Shown: piece by piece, positions 1 through 9,583 of the stretch
How positions within the stretch are numbered: position 1 is the first letter of the stretch
Layout of the letters: every line of letters starts with the position of its first letter
DNA from: Gemmatimonadota bacterium
GTDB taxonomy: Bacteria > Gemmatimonadota > Gemmatimonadetes > Palauibacterales > KS3-K002
Direction: 5' to 3'
Assembly: GCA_039586795.1 (NCBI GenBank)
Contig: JBDHJS010000043.1
Span: 1-29,695, forward strand
Length of the DNA: 29,695 bases
The notes under the pieces: model-generated
Seen by the model: the letters and a program-made list of their open reading frames with translations, nothing else
Database searches by the model: none
Told to the model about the DNA's origin: nothing
Position numbers and translations under genes: made by a program

Positions 1-110
1 GCTCCGACGGCGAAACCGTTAGGCGCGGCAATGTGTTGGGCCGAGGCCGTATTGGTCGCCGCCGCGATGGCGGTGAGTAGCGCGGTGGTTAGCGCGAGTT
101 TGCGTAGCAT
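1..110 (-). CDS. Secreted protein, 5' part only (runs off the window edge)
   Basis: Manual translation from ATG at 110 gives MLRKLALTTALLTAIAAATNTASAQHIAAPNGFAVG..., a typical Sec signal peptide ending ASA-Q. GAGGGAG lies upstream, and the start is 28 bp after the stop of the preceding minus-strand gene. Confidence 0.75.
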   Translation of the reverse strand, partial: MLRKLALTTALLTAIAAATNTASAQHIAAPNGFAVG

Positions 111-138
111 ATCCTGTTAGCTCCCTCAGTTATTTGGT

Positions 139-1449
139 TCAGGCTTCAGGTACTCCGTTTCGCGCGGCGTAGTCCATCGCCGTGATGAAACGGTCCAGCT
201 CATCCAGCGTCGTGTAGACGCTGGGCGTGACGCGGATGCCCCGGAACTCGGCGTGGTTGATCGGCGTGACGATGATCTTGTGCTCACGCCACAGCCAGTT
301 GACCAGCGGGCCGGGCTCGATGTCGGTGATTTCGACGTTGGCGAGCCCGCACGCGAAGCCGGGCTTCAGGCTGGTGTGCAGCCGCACGTTGTCGTGCTCC
401 AGCAGTGGCTTCGCCCAGTAGTCCCGCAGGTAGACCATACGCGCCGCTTTACGCTCGCCGCCCATCCCCTGGTGGAAGGTGAGCGCCTCGGCGATGGCCA
501 GGTAGTTGGCCGCCGGGTGCGTGCCGATCTCCTCGAACTTGCGGATGTTGTCGTCCATCGCCTCGGTGGCCGCCATCAGGGGCCAGACGTCTTTGATCTT
601 GTCGCGACGGACGTAGAGCAGGCCTGTGCCGTGGGGCGCGAACAGCCACTTGTGGAGGCTGACCGAGTAGTTGTCGCACTCCAGTTCGGAGATCGTGAAA
701 TGGTTGTGGGCCAGCGAGTGGGCCCCGTCGACGATCACCGGGATGTCATATTTGCGGGCCATAGCCACGACATCCCGCACCGGCAGGATCTGCCCCGTGA
801 GGTTGATCATGTGACACATCAGGATCAGCCGCGTGCGCGACGTGATGTTCTCCTCGAACGCGGCAACGATCTCAGCGTCGTTCTCCGCCGGCACCGGGAT
901 CGAGAACTGCTTCAGCTCGATCCCCTCGCGCCGCTCCCGCTGCTTGAACGTGGTGAGCATGCGGCCGTAGTCCTGAGTCGTGGTCAGGACCTCGTCGCCG
1001 GGCTGCAGGTCGTAGCCGAACTGCATGATCTGCAGGCTCTCCGAGGCATTTCGCGTGAACGCGAGCTCCTCGGGATCGACATCCCACTCTCGGGCCATGC
1101 CCTGACGCACGCCCTCGCGCTGCGGCTCCAGGATGCGCCACATCGTGTAGACCGGCGCCTTGTTCGAGTAGTCCAGGTGATGTTTCATGGCGTCCTGGAC
1201 GTAGGCCGGTGCCGGACTGACGCCGCCGTTGTTGAGGTTGATGAAACTGCGATCTACAGTGAAGGCTTGCTGCACCTCGACCCAAAAGTCCTCGTTCCCA
1301 GCGATCTCGTCCGGGGTACCCGGGTAGTCCGATAGCTGCTCGGCGATCTCCGCGGCGCGGGATAAGCGCAGCGGTGCGAACGACGCCCCGACCGCCGCGG
1401 CGGCGGCGGGAACGCCGATCGCTCCCAAGAACTCACGTCGGCTATACAC
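139..1449 (-). CDS. Aminotransferase class V (isopenicillin N epimerase/PvdN-like) PLP enzyme with twin-arginine signal
   Basis: N-terminal SRREFL TAT motif; class V motifs LNNGG, RNASE, VDGAH, SLHKW (PLP lysine), GTH and a C-terminal RVTP. Confidence 0.9.
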   Translation of the reverse strand: MYSRREFLGAIGVPAAAAAVGASFAPLRLSRAAEIAEQLSDYPGTPDEIAGNEDFWVEVQQAFTVDRSFINLNNGGVSPAPAYVQDAMKHHLDYSNKAPVYTMWRILEPQREGVRQGMAREWDVDPEELAFTRNASESLQIMQFGYDLQPGDEVLTTTQDYGRMLTTFKQRERREGIELKQFSIPVPAENDAEIVAAFEENITSRTRLILMCHMINLTGQILPVRDVVAMARKYDIPVIVDGAHSLAHNHFTISELECDNYSVSLHKWLFAPHGTGLLYVRRDKIKDVWPLMAATEAMDDNIRKFEEIGTHPAANYLAIAEALTFHQGMGGERKAARMVYLRDYWAKPLLEHDNVRLHTSLKPGFACGLANVEITDIEPGPLVNWLWREHKIIVTPINHAEFRGIRVTPSVYTTLDELDRFITAMDYAARNGVPEA

Positions 1450-1481
1450 GGAATGTCTCTCCCGCTTTGGTGCTTCAGTTT

Positions 1482-3017
1482 TTATTCGTTCGTCGCCTGC
1501 TCCTCGACCTTGCGCGGCATCATCTCGTCGCGCATGGCCAGGTGGTAGACGGTGGCGGCCACCACGACCGCTGCTTGCTTCAAGTCATCGATCACCAGGC
1601 GTTCGTATCGGTCCGCCCATGTGTGGTGCGTGCGGGTCGAATACTCGATCGGATCCTGTATGAAGTTGAAGCCCGGAATCCCGTTCCGGTCGAACGACAG
1701 ATGGTCGGTACCGCCGGTGTTACCGTGGCGGACCGCGACGACGCCGAGGTCGACGAAGGGCCAGAGCAGCTGCTCGAACACGTGTCCGGCTTCTTGGTTG
1801 CTCTGGTCCCAGATCCCGCGGATACGTCCTGTTCCGTTGTCGACGTTCACGTAGGCGCTGATCTGCGGCCACAGCTCCTCGTTGTTCTCCACCCAGTTCC
1901 GCGAACCCAGCAGCCCCTGTTCCTCGCCGCTCCACAGCGCGATGCGGACGGTACGCCGCGGCTGCAGGTTCAACTCCTTCAGGATGCGAACCGCCTCCAT
2001 CATGACGATGGTGCCTGCCGCGTCGTCGGTGGCGCCGGTGCCCGAGTACCAGGAGTCCAGGTGGGCGCCGAGCATCACGTACTCGTCGGCCAGGTCGGTG
2101 CCGGGTATGTCGCCCAGCGTGTTGTACGATTGGGTGTCGTCATCGAAGAACTTCGTCTTGATGTCGACTTCCAGGCGGACCGGGATGCCCCGCTTCACGT
2201 TGCGGTAGATCTGGCCGTACTGCTCATGGCCGACGACCAGTTCCGGGCCGGGGATCGGGTTCTCCGGGTTACGGCCGGATCCGCCCCAGACGCGGAGGAT
2301 ACCGTAGGTCCGGGAGGACGATGATAGAATACCAGCGATTCCCTGGTCCTGCAGGAAGGTCGAGATCGAATCGCGCATCGCCCGCTGACGACGCCATTCG
2401 GCCCAGCGGCGCTCCATCTCCTCTCGGTCCGGGCCGCCCTGCCGCTGCGGTGCTGGCTCGAGGAGAGTCTCCAACGGCGTGCGCAGCGGGCGCGGATCCC
2501 ATTCCGGCTCGATCTCCTGCGGTACTCTGGTGAGCACCCAAGCGCCCTTCAGCTTGCCCCGATACTGCTCGAGGTCGGCGGTGCTCTCCGCCTCGACGAC
2601 TACCGCCGGCCCCTTCTTCATCCCCCGGGTGCCGCCGGTCCAGGCGACGGGGATGGCGTTGAGCAGCTCGACGTAGGGCTCGGTTACCCGGCCGCTGAAC
2701 GACTCGATCTCCCAGCCGCGTCCGAACTCGCCCCACGGCTCGACCATCACGTTCACCAGCCCCCACTCGCGGAGCTTCTCGGCCGTCCACTCGTTCGCCC
2801 GCATCATTCCGGGCGAGCCGGTGAGGCGGGGACCGATGACGTCGGTGAGATAGCCGCCGAGCTCCTCGATCTGGGAGTTATTCAGTCCCAGTTCCCGAAT
2901 CTGCTCGATCACGTCCAGGTCCACCGTCTCCTGAACGACCTGGGCCTGAACGGGCGCCGCCCAGAGGAGCAACGCCGGGGCCAAGATCAGGGCACGCCAA
3001 GATGTCCGCATCTCCAT
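1482..3017 (-). CDS. M28 family metallopeptidase (carboxypeptidase Q-like), secreted
   Basis: Signal peptide ending VQA-Q; motifs IGPRLTGS, GAHLDSW, GATDDAAG, GEEQGLLGS, TDHLSF and THHT; GGAGG RBS. Confidence 0.92.
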   Translation of the reverse strand: MEMRTSWRALILAPALLLWAAPVQAQVVQETVDLDVIEQIRELGLNNSQIEELGGYLTDVIGPRLTGSPGMMRANEWTAEKLREWGLVNVMVEPWGEFGRGWEIESFSGRVTEPYVELLNAIPVAWTGGTRGMKKGPAVVVEAESTADLEQYRGKLKGAWVLTRVPQEIEPEWDPRPLRTPLETLLEPAPQRQGGPDREEMERRWAEWRRQRAMRDSISTFLQDQGIAGILSSSSRTYGILRVWGGSGRNPENPIPGPELVVGHEQYGQIYRNVKRGIPVRLEVDIKTKFFDDDTQSYNTLGDIPGTDLADEYVMLGAHLDSWYSGTGATDDAAGTIVMMEAVRILKELNLQPRRTVRIALWSGEEQGLLGSRNWVENNEELWPQISAYVNVDNGTGRIRGIWDQSNQEAGHVFEQLLWPFVDLGVVAVRHGNTGGTDHLSFDRNGIPGFNFIQDPIEYSTRTHHTWADRYERLVIDDLKQAAVVVAATVYHLAMRDEMMPRKVEEQATNE

Positions 3018-3131
3018 CCTCCATGCTTGTCACGTGAATACGGTGCGAGTTGGCAGCAGACAGCCACCGTCTACAGGCTTACTGGCTCTACATATCGCGC
3101 CGGGAGCCTCCGCGCAACGCATGCTTGCGGA

Positions 3132-3569
3132 TCAGCGAACCGGCCGTATGAAGTAGCCTGAGACCTTCCAGTCACCGGCGGGCGTGTGGTGCAGGACGAT
3201 GGTCTCCATCGCCCGTTCCAGATCCTCGAACGAGGTAGCGAAGCGGATGACCAGGTACTCACCCTCCGGCACGCCGGCGGGGTTCATGACGGGCTCACTG
3301 GAGCGGAATTCCCGGGCGATCAGCTTGCCGAGCGGGGCCTTCACGGAGGTGATACGAGCGATCCAGTTGTCCCGGGTAATCGCGGTTTGGAAGAGGTCGG
3401 CTGCAGTTTCCCAAGTCCCGGCATAGTCCTCGTTATCCAGCAGGATCAGCCACTCCAGGGCCGCCTCCAGCGCCTCCGGCTGCGTAGTTTGAGGGGAGCT
3501 CTCGGCGCCGCCAAACAGCAGCGGGACCGCGAAGAGCCTTGTCAGCAGGTGTGTGCCGGCGATCTGCAT
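3132..3569 (-). CDS. DUF4019 domain-containing protein
   Basis: Pattern A..WL.LLD..DY...W, PLG....R, P.G.Y....F.TSF, E.......GDWKVSGYFI recalled as DUF4019. Start placed at ATG 3569 (GAGGT upstream); GTG 3578 is an alternative. Confidence 0.8.
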   Translation of the reverse strand: MQIAGTHLLTRLFAVPLLFGGAESSPQTTQPEALEAALEWLILLDNEDYAGTWETAADLFQTAITRDNWIARITSVKAPLGKLIAREFRSSEPVMNPAGVPEGEYLVIRFATSFEDLERAMETIVLHHTPAGDWKVSGYFIRPVR

Positions 3570-3717
3570 CGACCTCACGAGGTTTCGGGATATCGGGGAG
3601 AACTCGGAAACATACAGGACATCTTGTCCCGGGGCTAGCTCCGGTGTTAGGTAAGCAGCAGGAGGCCGGCGACGGCCGGATCCTCACTAGACTATGCGAT
3701 CATATGGGAGATTGGAT

Positions 3718-4146
3718 ATGCCGAGCGCGAACGTGGTGTGGAACAAAGGGCTGCAGTTTGTGGGCACATCGGAGAGCGGCCATGCGGTTGTGACGGACGC
3801 GAAGAAGGAAGCCGGCGGTTTTGGGGCGGCGCCGACGCCGATCGAGTTGACGCTCATCGCCTTGGGTGGCTGCACGGCGATGGATGTCGTGCCGATCATG
3901 AAGAAGAAACGGCAGCAGTTTGATGATTTCGAGGTCGAGATTGTTGCGGAGAAGTCGGCTCAGCCGCCGAATTACTTGACGAAGATAGAAATGGTCTATC
4001 GGGTCTGGGGGGAGGAAGTGTCTGAAGAGGCGCTCGTTCGTTCGATCGAGCTTTCGAAGGATAAGTACTGTACGGTTTCGAATACGCTGAAAGGGAAGGC
4101 GGAGATTACCTACCGATACGAGATCAATCCGCCGCGGGGTGAGTGA
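3718..4146 (+). CDS. OsmC/YhfA family protein
   Basis: P.EL.L.ALGGCTAMDV and LSKDKYCTVS carry the two conserved Cys. GGGAG RBS precedes ATG 3718. Confidence 0.9.
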   Translation: MPSANVVWNKGLQFVGTSESGHAVVTDAKKEAGGFGAAPTPIELTLIALGGCTAMDVVPIMKKKRQQFDDFEVEIVAEKSAQPPNYLTKIEMVYRVWGEEVSEEALVRSIELSKDKYCTVSNTLKGKAEITYRYEINPPRGE

Positions 4147-4147
4147 G

Positions 4148-4464
4148 CGGTCGACGGTCGACGTTCGATGCTCGGCGATCGGCTTCTTCTCGGCGATACG
4201 ACGTCCGACGTTCTTCGTACGTCGTTCGACGTAGTGATTTTCGACAGCGGACAGCCGACAGCCGCGTACCGGCGACCAAATCCTGTTGGGCGATCGACGA
4301 TCGACGCCCTACGCCCGTCGCTCGACTCGCCGTCGGGATGAACGTCGGGAGTCGGGCGTCGGTCGCCGAATAGTCCTCGGTCGCCGGTACGCGGCTGTCG
4401 GCTGTTGGCTGTCGAAATAGACTCGAACGATGAACGTCGACCCCCGGCTGTCGACCGTCGAGCG
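4148..4464. repeat. Nested palindromic element built of 7-bp repeats (copy 1 of a dispersed family)
   Basis: 39-bp inverted repeat 4239-4277 / 4379-4417 (37/39 match) and outer IR 4148-4162 / 4450-4464 (14/15). Heptamer runs such as TCGACGG, CCGACAG and GGCTGTC. 4365-4420 matches 18395-18450 at 48/56. Confidence 0.85.
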
Positions 4465-4465
4465 T

Positions 4466-5761
4466 TCACCCACCGATATAGAAGATCCTCCAAATCCTCC
4501 CACTTCGATCATCCGTCACATACACGGAGCCATCCGGTCCCTGCGCCACCCCCGATGGCCGATGGGCCGCGCCGCCCGGGCTGACATCTTCTCCGGCAAA
4601 GCCGTCGGCAAAGACCTCGTAGTCGCCGCGCGGCCTTCCATCCACAAACGGCACAAAGACCACGTTGTACCCACCCTGCGGCAGCGGCGCCCGATTCCAG
4701 GAGCCGTGGAACGCGATGAACGCGCCGCCTCGGTAGCGCTCGGGAAACTGCTCGCCCGTATAGAACAGCAGGCCATTCGGTGCCCAGTGGGCCGGTAACG
4801 CGGCAAGCGGCTCCTCCATCTGGGCGCAGCGGCCGGCGCGTCGGCCATCTCCGCCGTACTCGGGTGCGAGAACCAGGCGACCGAGCTGCGGATCGTGGTA
4901 GCAGTACGGCCAGCCATAGTCCTTGCCCTGATCGATGCGGACCAGCGTTTCGGACGGGAGTTCGGCATTCTGTTCGTCTGTGAACAAGTCCGACCACTGG
5001 TTGAGCCGGTCACGGCCATGCACCGCTCCGTAGAGAAGTCCGTCCACGGGATTGAGGGCCAGCGCCACCGTGTTTCGTAGGCCGGTGGCGAAGCGTTGGC
5101 CATCCGCTTGAGTCTGGTTCTTCCCGTTGGCATCGAAGAGCCAGATGCCGGCATAGTTGTCGAGCTCGGGGCAGGGATCTTGCCCAACCGACCGAGCGGC
5201 GCGCTCCCCCTGGCACACGTTGGAGGGCGATCCGACGGTAACGAATAGCTGGTCGCTGTCGTTGATCGCGATCGGCTTGGACGGATGGTTCCGGGGTCTG
5301 GGAAGATCATGGACGATCGTCTCTACCGATCCCGTGGGTTCCAGGCTGCCCTCGGGGAGTCGATAGCGCATGACGCTGGTATCGTCGCCGTAGTACAGGT
5401 AGCCGCCGTGCAGCGTGATCCCGGTGCCGGCCCCTTCGCCGAACCGTTTCCTGACATCCGCGACGCCGTCACCGTTCGTGTCACGGAGCGCAAGCACGCC
5501 GAAGGACGCGCTGTCGCTCCGTGAACGCCTAAGAGCCACGAATACGTCGCCATTCGGCGCCACGGTTAAGTGACGGGGACTGCCCACCTGGTCGGCGAAG
5601 ACCGTCGCGCAGAACCCGTGAGGCAGCGTGATGCCGCCATTGTCCGGGGCACAGCTGGCCTGGCTCGCCTCGCTCGAGCTGCCGGCAAAAGCGAAAGCGA
5701 CGACGGCGAGAGCGGTTGCCGCCATCGAAAATACGGATATAACACCGTGCCTGTTCTGCAT
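4466..5761 (-). CDS. PQQ-dependent sugar dehydrogenase / L-sorbosone dehydrogenase family (GSDH beta-propeller), secreted
   Basis: Signal peptide; motifs GSPSNVC, FATGLRN, YGWPYCY, AHWAPNGLLFY, AFHGSWNR and RPSGVAQGPDGSVYVTDD. Confidence 0.9.
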   Translation of the reverse strand: MQNRHGVISVFSMAATALAVVAFAFAGSSSEASQASCAPDNGGITLPHGFCATVFADQVGSPRHLTVAPNGDVFVALRRSRSDSASFGVLALRDTNGDGVADVRKRFGEGAGTGITLHGGYLYYGDDTSVMRYRLPEGSLEPTGSVETIVHDLPRPRNHPSKPIAINDSDQLFVTVGSPSNVCQGERAARSVGQDPCPELDNYAGIWLFDANGKNQTQADGQRFATGLRNTVALALNPVDGLLYGAVHGRDRLNQWSDLFTDEQNAELPSETLVRIDQGKDYGWPYCYHDPQLGRLVLAPEYGGDGRRAGRCAQMEEPLAALPAHWAPNGLLFYTGEQFPERYRGGAFIAFHGSWNRAPLPQGGYNVVFVPFVDGRPRGDYEVFADGFAGEDVSPGGAAHRPSGVAQGPDGSVYVTDDRSGRIWRIFYIGG

Positions 5762-8700
5762 TACTGGCCTTCTCCCTCCTGTTGCTGCCCGTGGACCGGA
5801 TACTCCGGTCGGCTCACTTCGAGCGGCGGCCGGTCGACGATCGCCTGCAGCACCGTGCGAATCGCCGTCAGCAATTGCGTGTCGCGGCCCTCAATCCACT
5901 CGGCGGGAAGCCACTCGACCTCGAGGTCCGGCTCGACGCCCATGTTCTCGATGCCCCATGAGCCGGCCGGGTCGTACGCCGCGCGGCTCGGCACGCTGAT
6001 CGTACCGCCATCCATCAGGGGCGGAACGAACACGTAGGGACCTACGCCGGCTCCCCAGGTGCGGGTCCCGATAACCCTACCCAGGTTGCCCAGCTTGAAC
6101 ATGAGCGCGAACGCCTCGGCCGCCGAATGGTTCGCATCATTGATCAGGAGGACCTTGGCTTCCGGCACCGGATTCGTCGGCACCGGCAGATCGTCCCCGT
6201 GTCGGAACGTGTAGAAGAAGAGCGGTCGGCGATTCAGCATCTCGATGATGTAGTCGGCTGTGATGCTGCCGCCGGCAAACCGCTGGTCGATCACCAGACC
6301 GCGCCGATCGGTGTTTTCCAGAAGCTGTCGAAACATGGCGACGATACCGGACGGCGTGTAGTCAGGCACGTAGATGTAGCCGAGGACGCCCTGTGATTCC
6401 TGCTCGACGATCTGGCGATTACCTTGCGCCCAATTCCACCGCCTCAGCGTGTTCTCCTCGGGCAGCGGGATGACGATGTAAGAACGTGTCATGCTGCCTG
6501 CCGAATCGGAGCCGATCGTGATACGCGTCGGTTGAAACGCTTTGCCGACGAAATAGGAATAGAGATTGCGATTGGCTCGCACGGGTTCTCCATCCACGTC
6601 CAGCAAGAAGGCGCCGGGGCGGACGTTGACGCCGGGTTGATCCAGCGGTGCCTGAGCGAGTCGGCTTTCCGCGTTGTAGTGGGCGGAGCGATCGACGTTA
6701 GCGATGCGGTAAAACTCACCGTCAACGAAATAGTCGGCGCCGAGCATCCCGATGTTGCTCGGCTCACCGTTGGGCACCGGCACGTCGCCGCCACTTATCC
6801 TCAGGTGGCTGACCGAGATATGACCGAGCGCTTTGCGGAGGAGCGTATTCAGATCCTGGCGCCGAACGACCGACGGCAAGTAATCGGCGTAGTGTGCCTC
6901 TTCGCCGACCAAGTCTTGGCCGTGATGGTTCGGATCGTAGAAGTAATCTTCCATGAGGCGCCACGCCTCGTGGTAGATCTGTCGCCACTCGGCCGCCGGG
7001 TCGACTTCCAGTTGGAGCGCCTCGGTGTCGACCTCCACGGGCTCGAACTCTCCGGTCCCGGTACCGTCGACGAGCGACCATTTCTGGCCGTGTCTATATA
7101 ATATTCTGTCGCCATCCGCCGTCACCGAGAAATCATCTACTCCCTCGACGATCTTTCTCAGTTCGCTGGGGTTCGCCAGGTCGTACCGATACAACGTCCG
7201 CGTCGGTTCGGTGCCGAACGTGGGAGACGGAGGCCACTCGGTGACCAGGACGTAAAGGCCGTCCGGCTGGCCTGTGGCCAGATCGGCGTAGTCCCGTGGT
7301 CCCAACGGGAGCGGTATCACCCGGTTCTCAATCGCTTGCAGGGTGATGGTCTCCTGGCCGGCCCGCGGCGGCCGAGCCGCGGCGGCGCCTTCTATCGGTT
7401 CGCCGCTGATCGGGTAGACGGGAGGCGAAATGCTACCGCGCAATGGGACGACGTGGAGCCGTCGGGCGGAGTAAGGTCGCAAGAGCATCCCGGAGAGCAC
7501 GTCCCACCCAAAGTCGCCCAGCGAGGCGGTGCTGCTCGCAACGAAGTAGAGGTAGTTGCCGTTCGCATCGAAGGTCGGGTGCTCCGCGCTGACGCGGGCG
7601 TGGGTGATCCTCCGTTGCCTTCCGCGCTCGGCGCTGTACAGGTAGACGGCCCGCAGTCGGTTCTCCTCGTATCGAGAGTAGGCAAGCCATCTACCGTCCG
7701 GTGACCAGGAGGGATAGTAGCGATCTTGGTAGGAGTAAGATGATGTCGTGACTCGGCGGGCCCCACGTGTTTCGACATCGACCACCCAGAGGCGCAGTCG
7801 CTTGTCTGAAAAGGCGAGACGTTTTGAGTCGGGCGACCAGGCCAATTCGCGATAGAAGCTGGACTGCAGTTCGACCTGAATGGGTCGAACATCCGTTGAG
7901 TCGACGAGCGATCGGACGATGAGCTGGTAGTTGCCGGTTTCGTCTGAGAAATAGGCTACCCACTGACCGTTAGGCGAAATCGCCGGATAGCGATCCGCGG
8001 CTCCCGAACTGCTGGTCAGGTTATTCATGGTACCTTCTGCGACGTCGAGCATGACGACGTCTCCGCGCACGCCAAACGCGACACGATCGCCGGATGCGGA
8101 AGGGCTTGCTGACTCGATGAAGTCCGCGCCGTTGACGACTCGCGGCTCCAGTTCGCTGCGGTCGGGTTCGAGTTGCACCGGCAGGGTTCGCACCTCGCCT
8201 GTGGCTGTGTCGAAGACTCGCAGCTGACCGTCCTGAACGAACGCCACGATGTTAGCGCCTGCCGCGGCGTCGTCGATCCCGTAGGTCTGATACTGGGTAA
8301 GCTGCTGGACACTGCGTAGCAGCGCATCGTAGGCGTATAGGTTGAAGGTTCCGTCCCGATCGGACACGAAGTATATCGTTCCGCCCACCCACATCGGGTC
8401 CCGATCGTTCGCGTCAGCCGGGGGTATCAGTTCGACCACGCTATTGTCCAGCCGCGCGACGAAGATGCGTGACATTCGGCCGCCCCGGTAATGACGCCAT
8501 TCCGCATCACCAAGCTCGTGGGGCAGGGAGTAGGGCACGTAAGCGATCCGCTGTCCGTTCGGCTCGAACGAGCCCGTCCATCCTCTCGGCACGCGGAGCA
8601 TTTGCGGGTACGGCTCATCGATGCCGATCGTCAGCAAAATGTAGTAGTCGTCGGCGACGCGTTCCGACATGAAAAGGACGCGCCGGCTGTCGGCAGTGAA

Positions 8701-9051
8701 GCCGCGGGCGATATCGGCTGCTGGATTCCAGGTCAGCCGGCGGAGCTCGCCGCCCTGGGTGGGCAGCAAATAGACGTCCCAGTCGTCCGCGTCTTTTCGC
8801 GAGAATGCCAGGAACAGGCCGTCGGGTGAGATGACCGGGAAGTCGTCGTCCGCGGGTCCCGATGTCAGCTGCTCCGCAGGCCCCCCACCTAGGCCGACCT
8901 TCCAAAGGTCGCCGGCGTAGGAGAACACGATCTCGTTGTTTCCGACAGCGACATGGCGGATCAGCATACGCCCCTCGCCGTTGTCCGCGGTTGTCGGCGG
9001 CGCGCCGAAACTCGCGGAAATTAGGGCGAGCGCTGCAAGGGCGTTGAGCAT
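5761..9051 (-). CDS. Tricorn-like S41 protease (beta-propellers + C1 + PDZ + S41 catalytic domain), secreted
   Basis: N-terminal IVFSYAGDLW, PD40-like repeats (SPDG/SPNG), WRHYRGG, EWRQIYHEAWR, SH (catalytic His region), GYIYVPD, IGTRTWG and IEN.GVEPD. Stop overlaps the next start (TAATG). Confidence 0.93.
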   Translation of the reverse strand: MLNALAALALISASFGAPPTTADNGEGRMLIRHVAVGNNEIVFSYAGDLWKVGLGGGPAEQLTSGPADDDFPVISPDGLFLAFSRKDADDWDVYLLPTQGGELRRLTWNPAADIARGFTADSRRVLFMSERVADDYYILLTIGIDEPYPQMLRVPRGWTGSFEPNGQRIAYVPYSLPHELGDAEWRHYRGGRMSRIFVARLDNSVVELIPPADANDRDPMWVGGTIYFVSDRDGTFNLYAYDALLRSVQQLTQYQTYGIDDAAAGANIVAFVQDGQLRVFDTATGEVRTLPVQLEPDRSELEPRVVNGADFIESASPSASGDRVAFGVRGDVVMLDVAEGTMNNLTSSSGAADRYPAISPNGQWVAYFSDETGNYQLIVRSLVDSTDVRPIQVELQSSFYRELAWSPDSKRLAFSDKRLRLWVVDVETRGARRVTTSSYSYQDRYYPSWSPDGRWLAYSRYEENRLRAVYLYSAERGRQRRITHARVSAEHPTFDANGNYLYFVASSTASLGDFGWDVLSGMLLRPYSARRLHVVPLRGSISPPVYPISGEPIEGAAAARPPRAGQETITLQAIENRVIPLPLGPRDYADLATGQPDGLYVLVTEWPPSPTFGTEPTRTLYRYDLANPSELRKIVEGVDDFSVTADGDRILYRHGQKWSLVDGTGTGEFEPVEVDTEALQLEVDPAAEWRQIYHEAWRLMEDYFYDPNHHGQDLVGEEAHYADYLPSVVRRQDLNTLLRKALGHISVSHLRISGGDVPVPNGEPSNIGMLGADYFVDGEFYRIANVDRSAHYNAESRLAQAPLDQPGVNVRPGAFLLDVDGEPVRANRNLYSYFVGKAFQPTRITIGSDSAGSMTRSYIVIPLPEENTLRRWNWAQGNRQIVEQESQGVLGYIYVPDYTPSGIVAMFRQLLENTDRRGLVIDQRFAGGSITADYIIEMLNRRPLFFYTFRHGDDLPVPTNPVPEAKVLLINDANHSAAEAFALMFKLGNLGRVIGTRTWGAGVGPYVFVPPLMDGGTISVPSRAAYDPAGSWGIENMGVEPDLEVEWLPAEWIEGRDTQLLTAIRTVLQAIVDRPPLEVSRPEYPVHGQQQEGEGQ

Positions 9052-9245
9052 GGTCGAACTCCTATCGACAGTGCGTTATTTCTATGCTTGGATACGGACA
9101 AACCAATCAGTCTTCGAGGAATGGACAAGTGGCGCCAAACCCGCGTTATCTAACGTTCGGCCGAGCCCGAGCGTTCCGGAGCGGAACTGAGGGGCGCCGG
9201 CCTGGCGAATTGGTATCTGGTCGTGGAATGCTAGCTCGGACCCGA

Positions 9246-9554
9246 TCAGCCGTCCAGCGGCTCGCGCGAGCGACTGCGTTGAGTGGCGCGCTCATCGCTG
9301 TAGAGCAGACGTTCTGCGAAGTCTTGCCTCTCCTCGAGAGACTCGATGCGATCGGTCAGGCGGCTGACGACATCCGTCAGCCGTTCCATATCCTCGCTAT
9401 TGATCTGGTGGTCGGGATGGGGATGCTTGGCCTTTGCCCTGAGCTCGATCATGTCGCCGATCCGCTTGGTGAGCGGGCGAAGGATCAGGACGCCAGCGAT
9501 TGAGAGCATGAGGGTCATGGCCATGAGAAACGGCGCTATGTCATGAGGAGGCAT
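9246..9554 (-). CDS. Small single-pass membrane coiled-coil protein (PspB-like), paralog 3
   Basis: GGAGG RBS; N-terminal hydrophobic helix ending AGVLILRPLTKRIG; C-terminal DRIESLEERQDFAERLL shared with the two neighbours. Confidence 0.85.
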   Translation of the reverse strand: MPPHDIAPFLMAMTLMLSIAGVLILRPLTKRIGDMIELRAKAKHPHPDHQINSEDMERLTDVVSRLTDRIESLEERQDFAERLLYSDERATQRSRSREPLDG

Positions 9555-9583
9555 TCGGTCCCTCCGGGCCTCTCCTGGTTAAC

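Noticed and set aside
253..2324. Long plus-strand ORFs (360 aa and 316 aa) opposite the aminotransferase and M28 peptidase
   Set aside because: Antisense shadows typical of high-GC codon bias; no motifs, and the opposite strand has clear family signatures.
4148..4464. Possible CRISPR array or IS element
   Set aside because: No constant repeat with unique spacers, no cas or transposase gene, and no clear target-site duplication seen.
4110..4512. Arg/Ser/Asp-rich ORFs over the first palindrome
   Set aside because: Translations of heptamer-repeat DNA; low complexity, no RBS, and overlapping real genes.
9052..9245. Possible ncRNA or riboswitch upstream of the tricorn gene (GGCGCC...GGCGCC pairing)
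   Set aside because: Only short GC-rich complementarity expected by chance, and no recognisable family motif; an Rfam scan would be needed.
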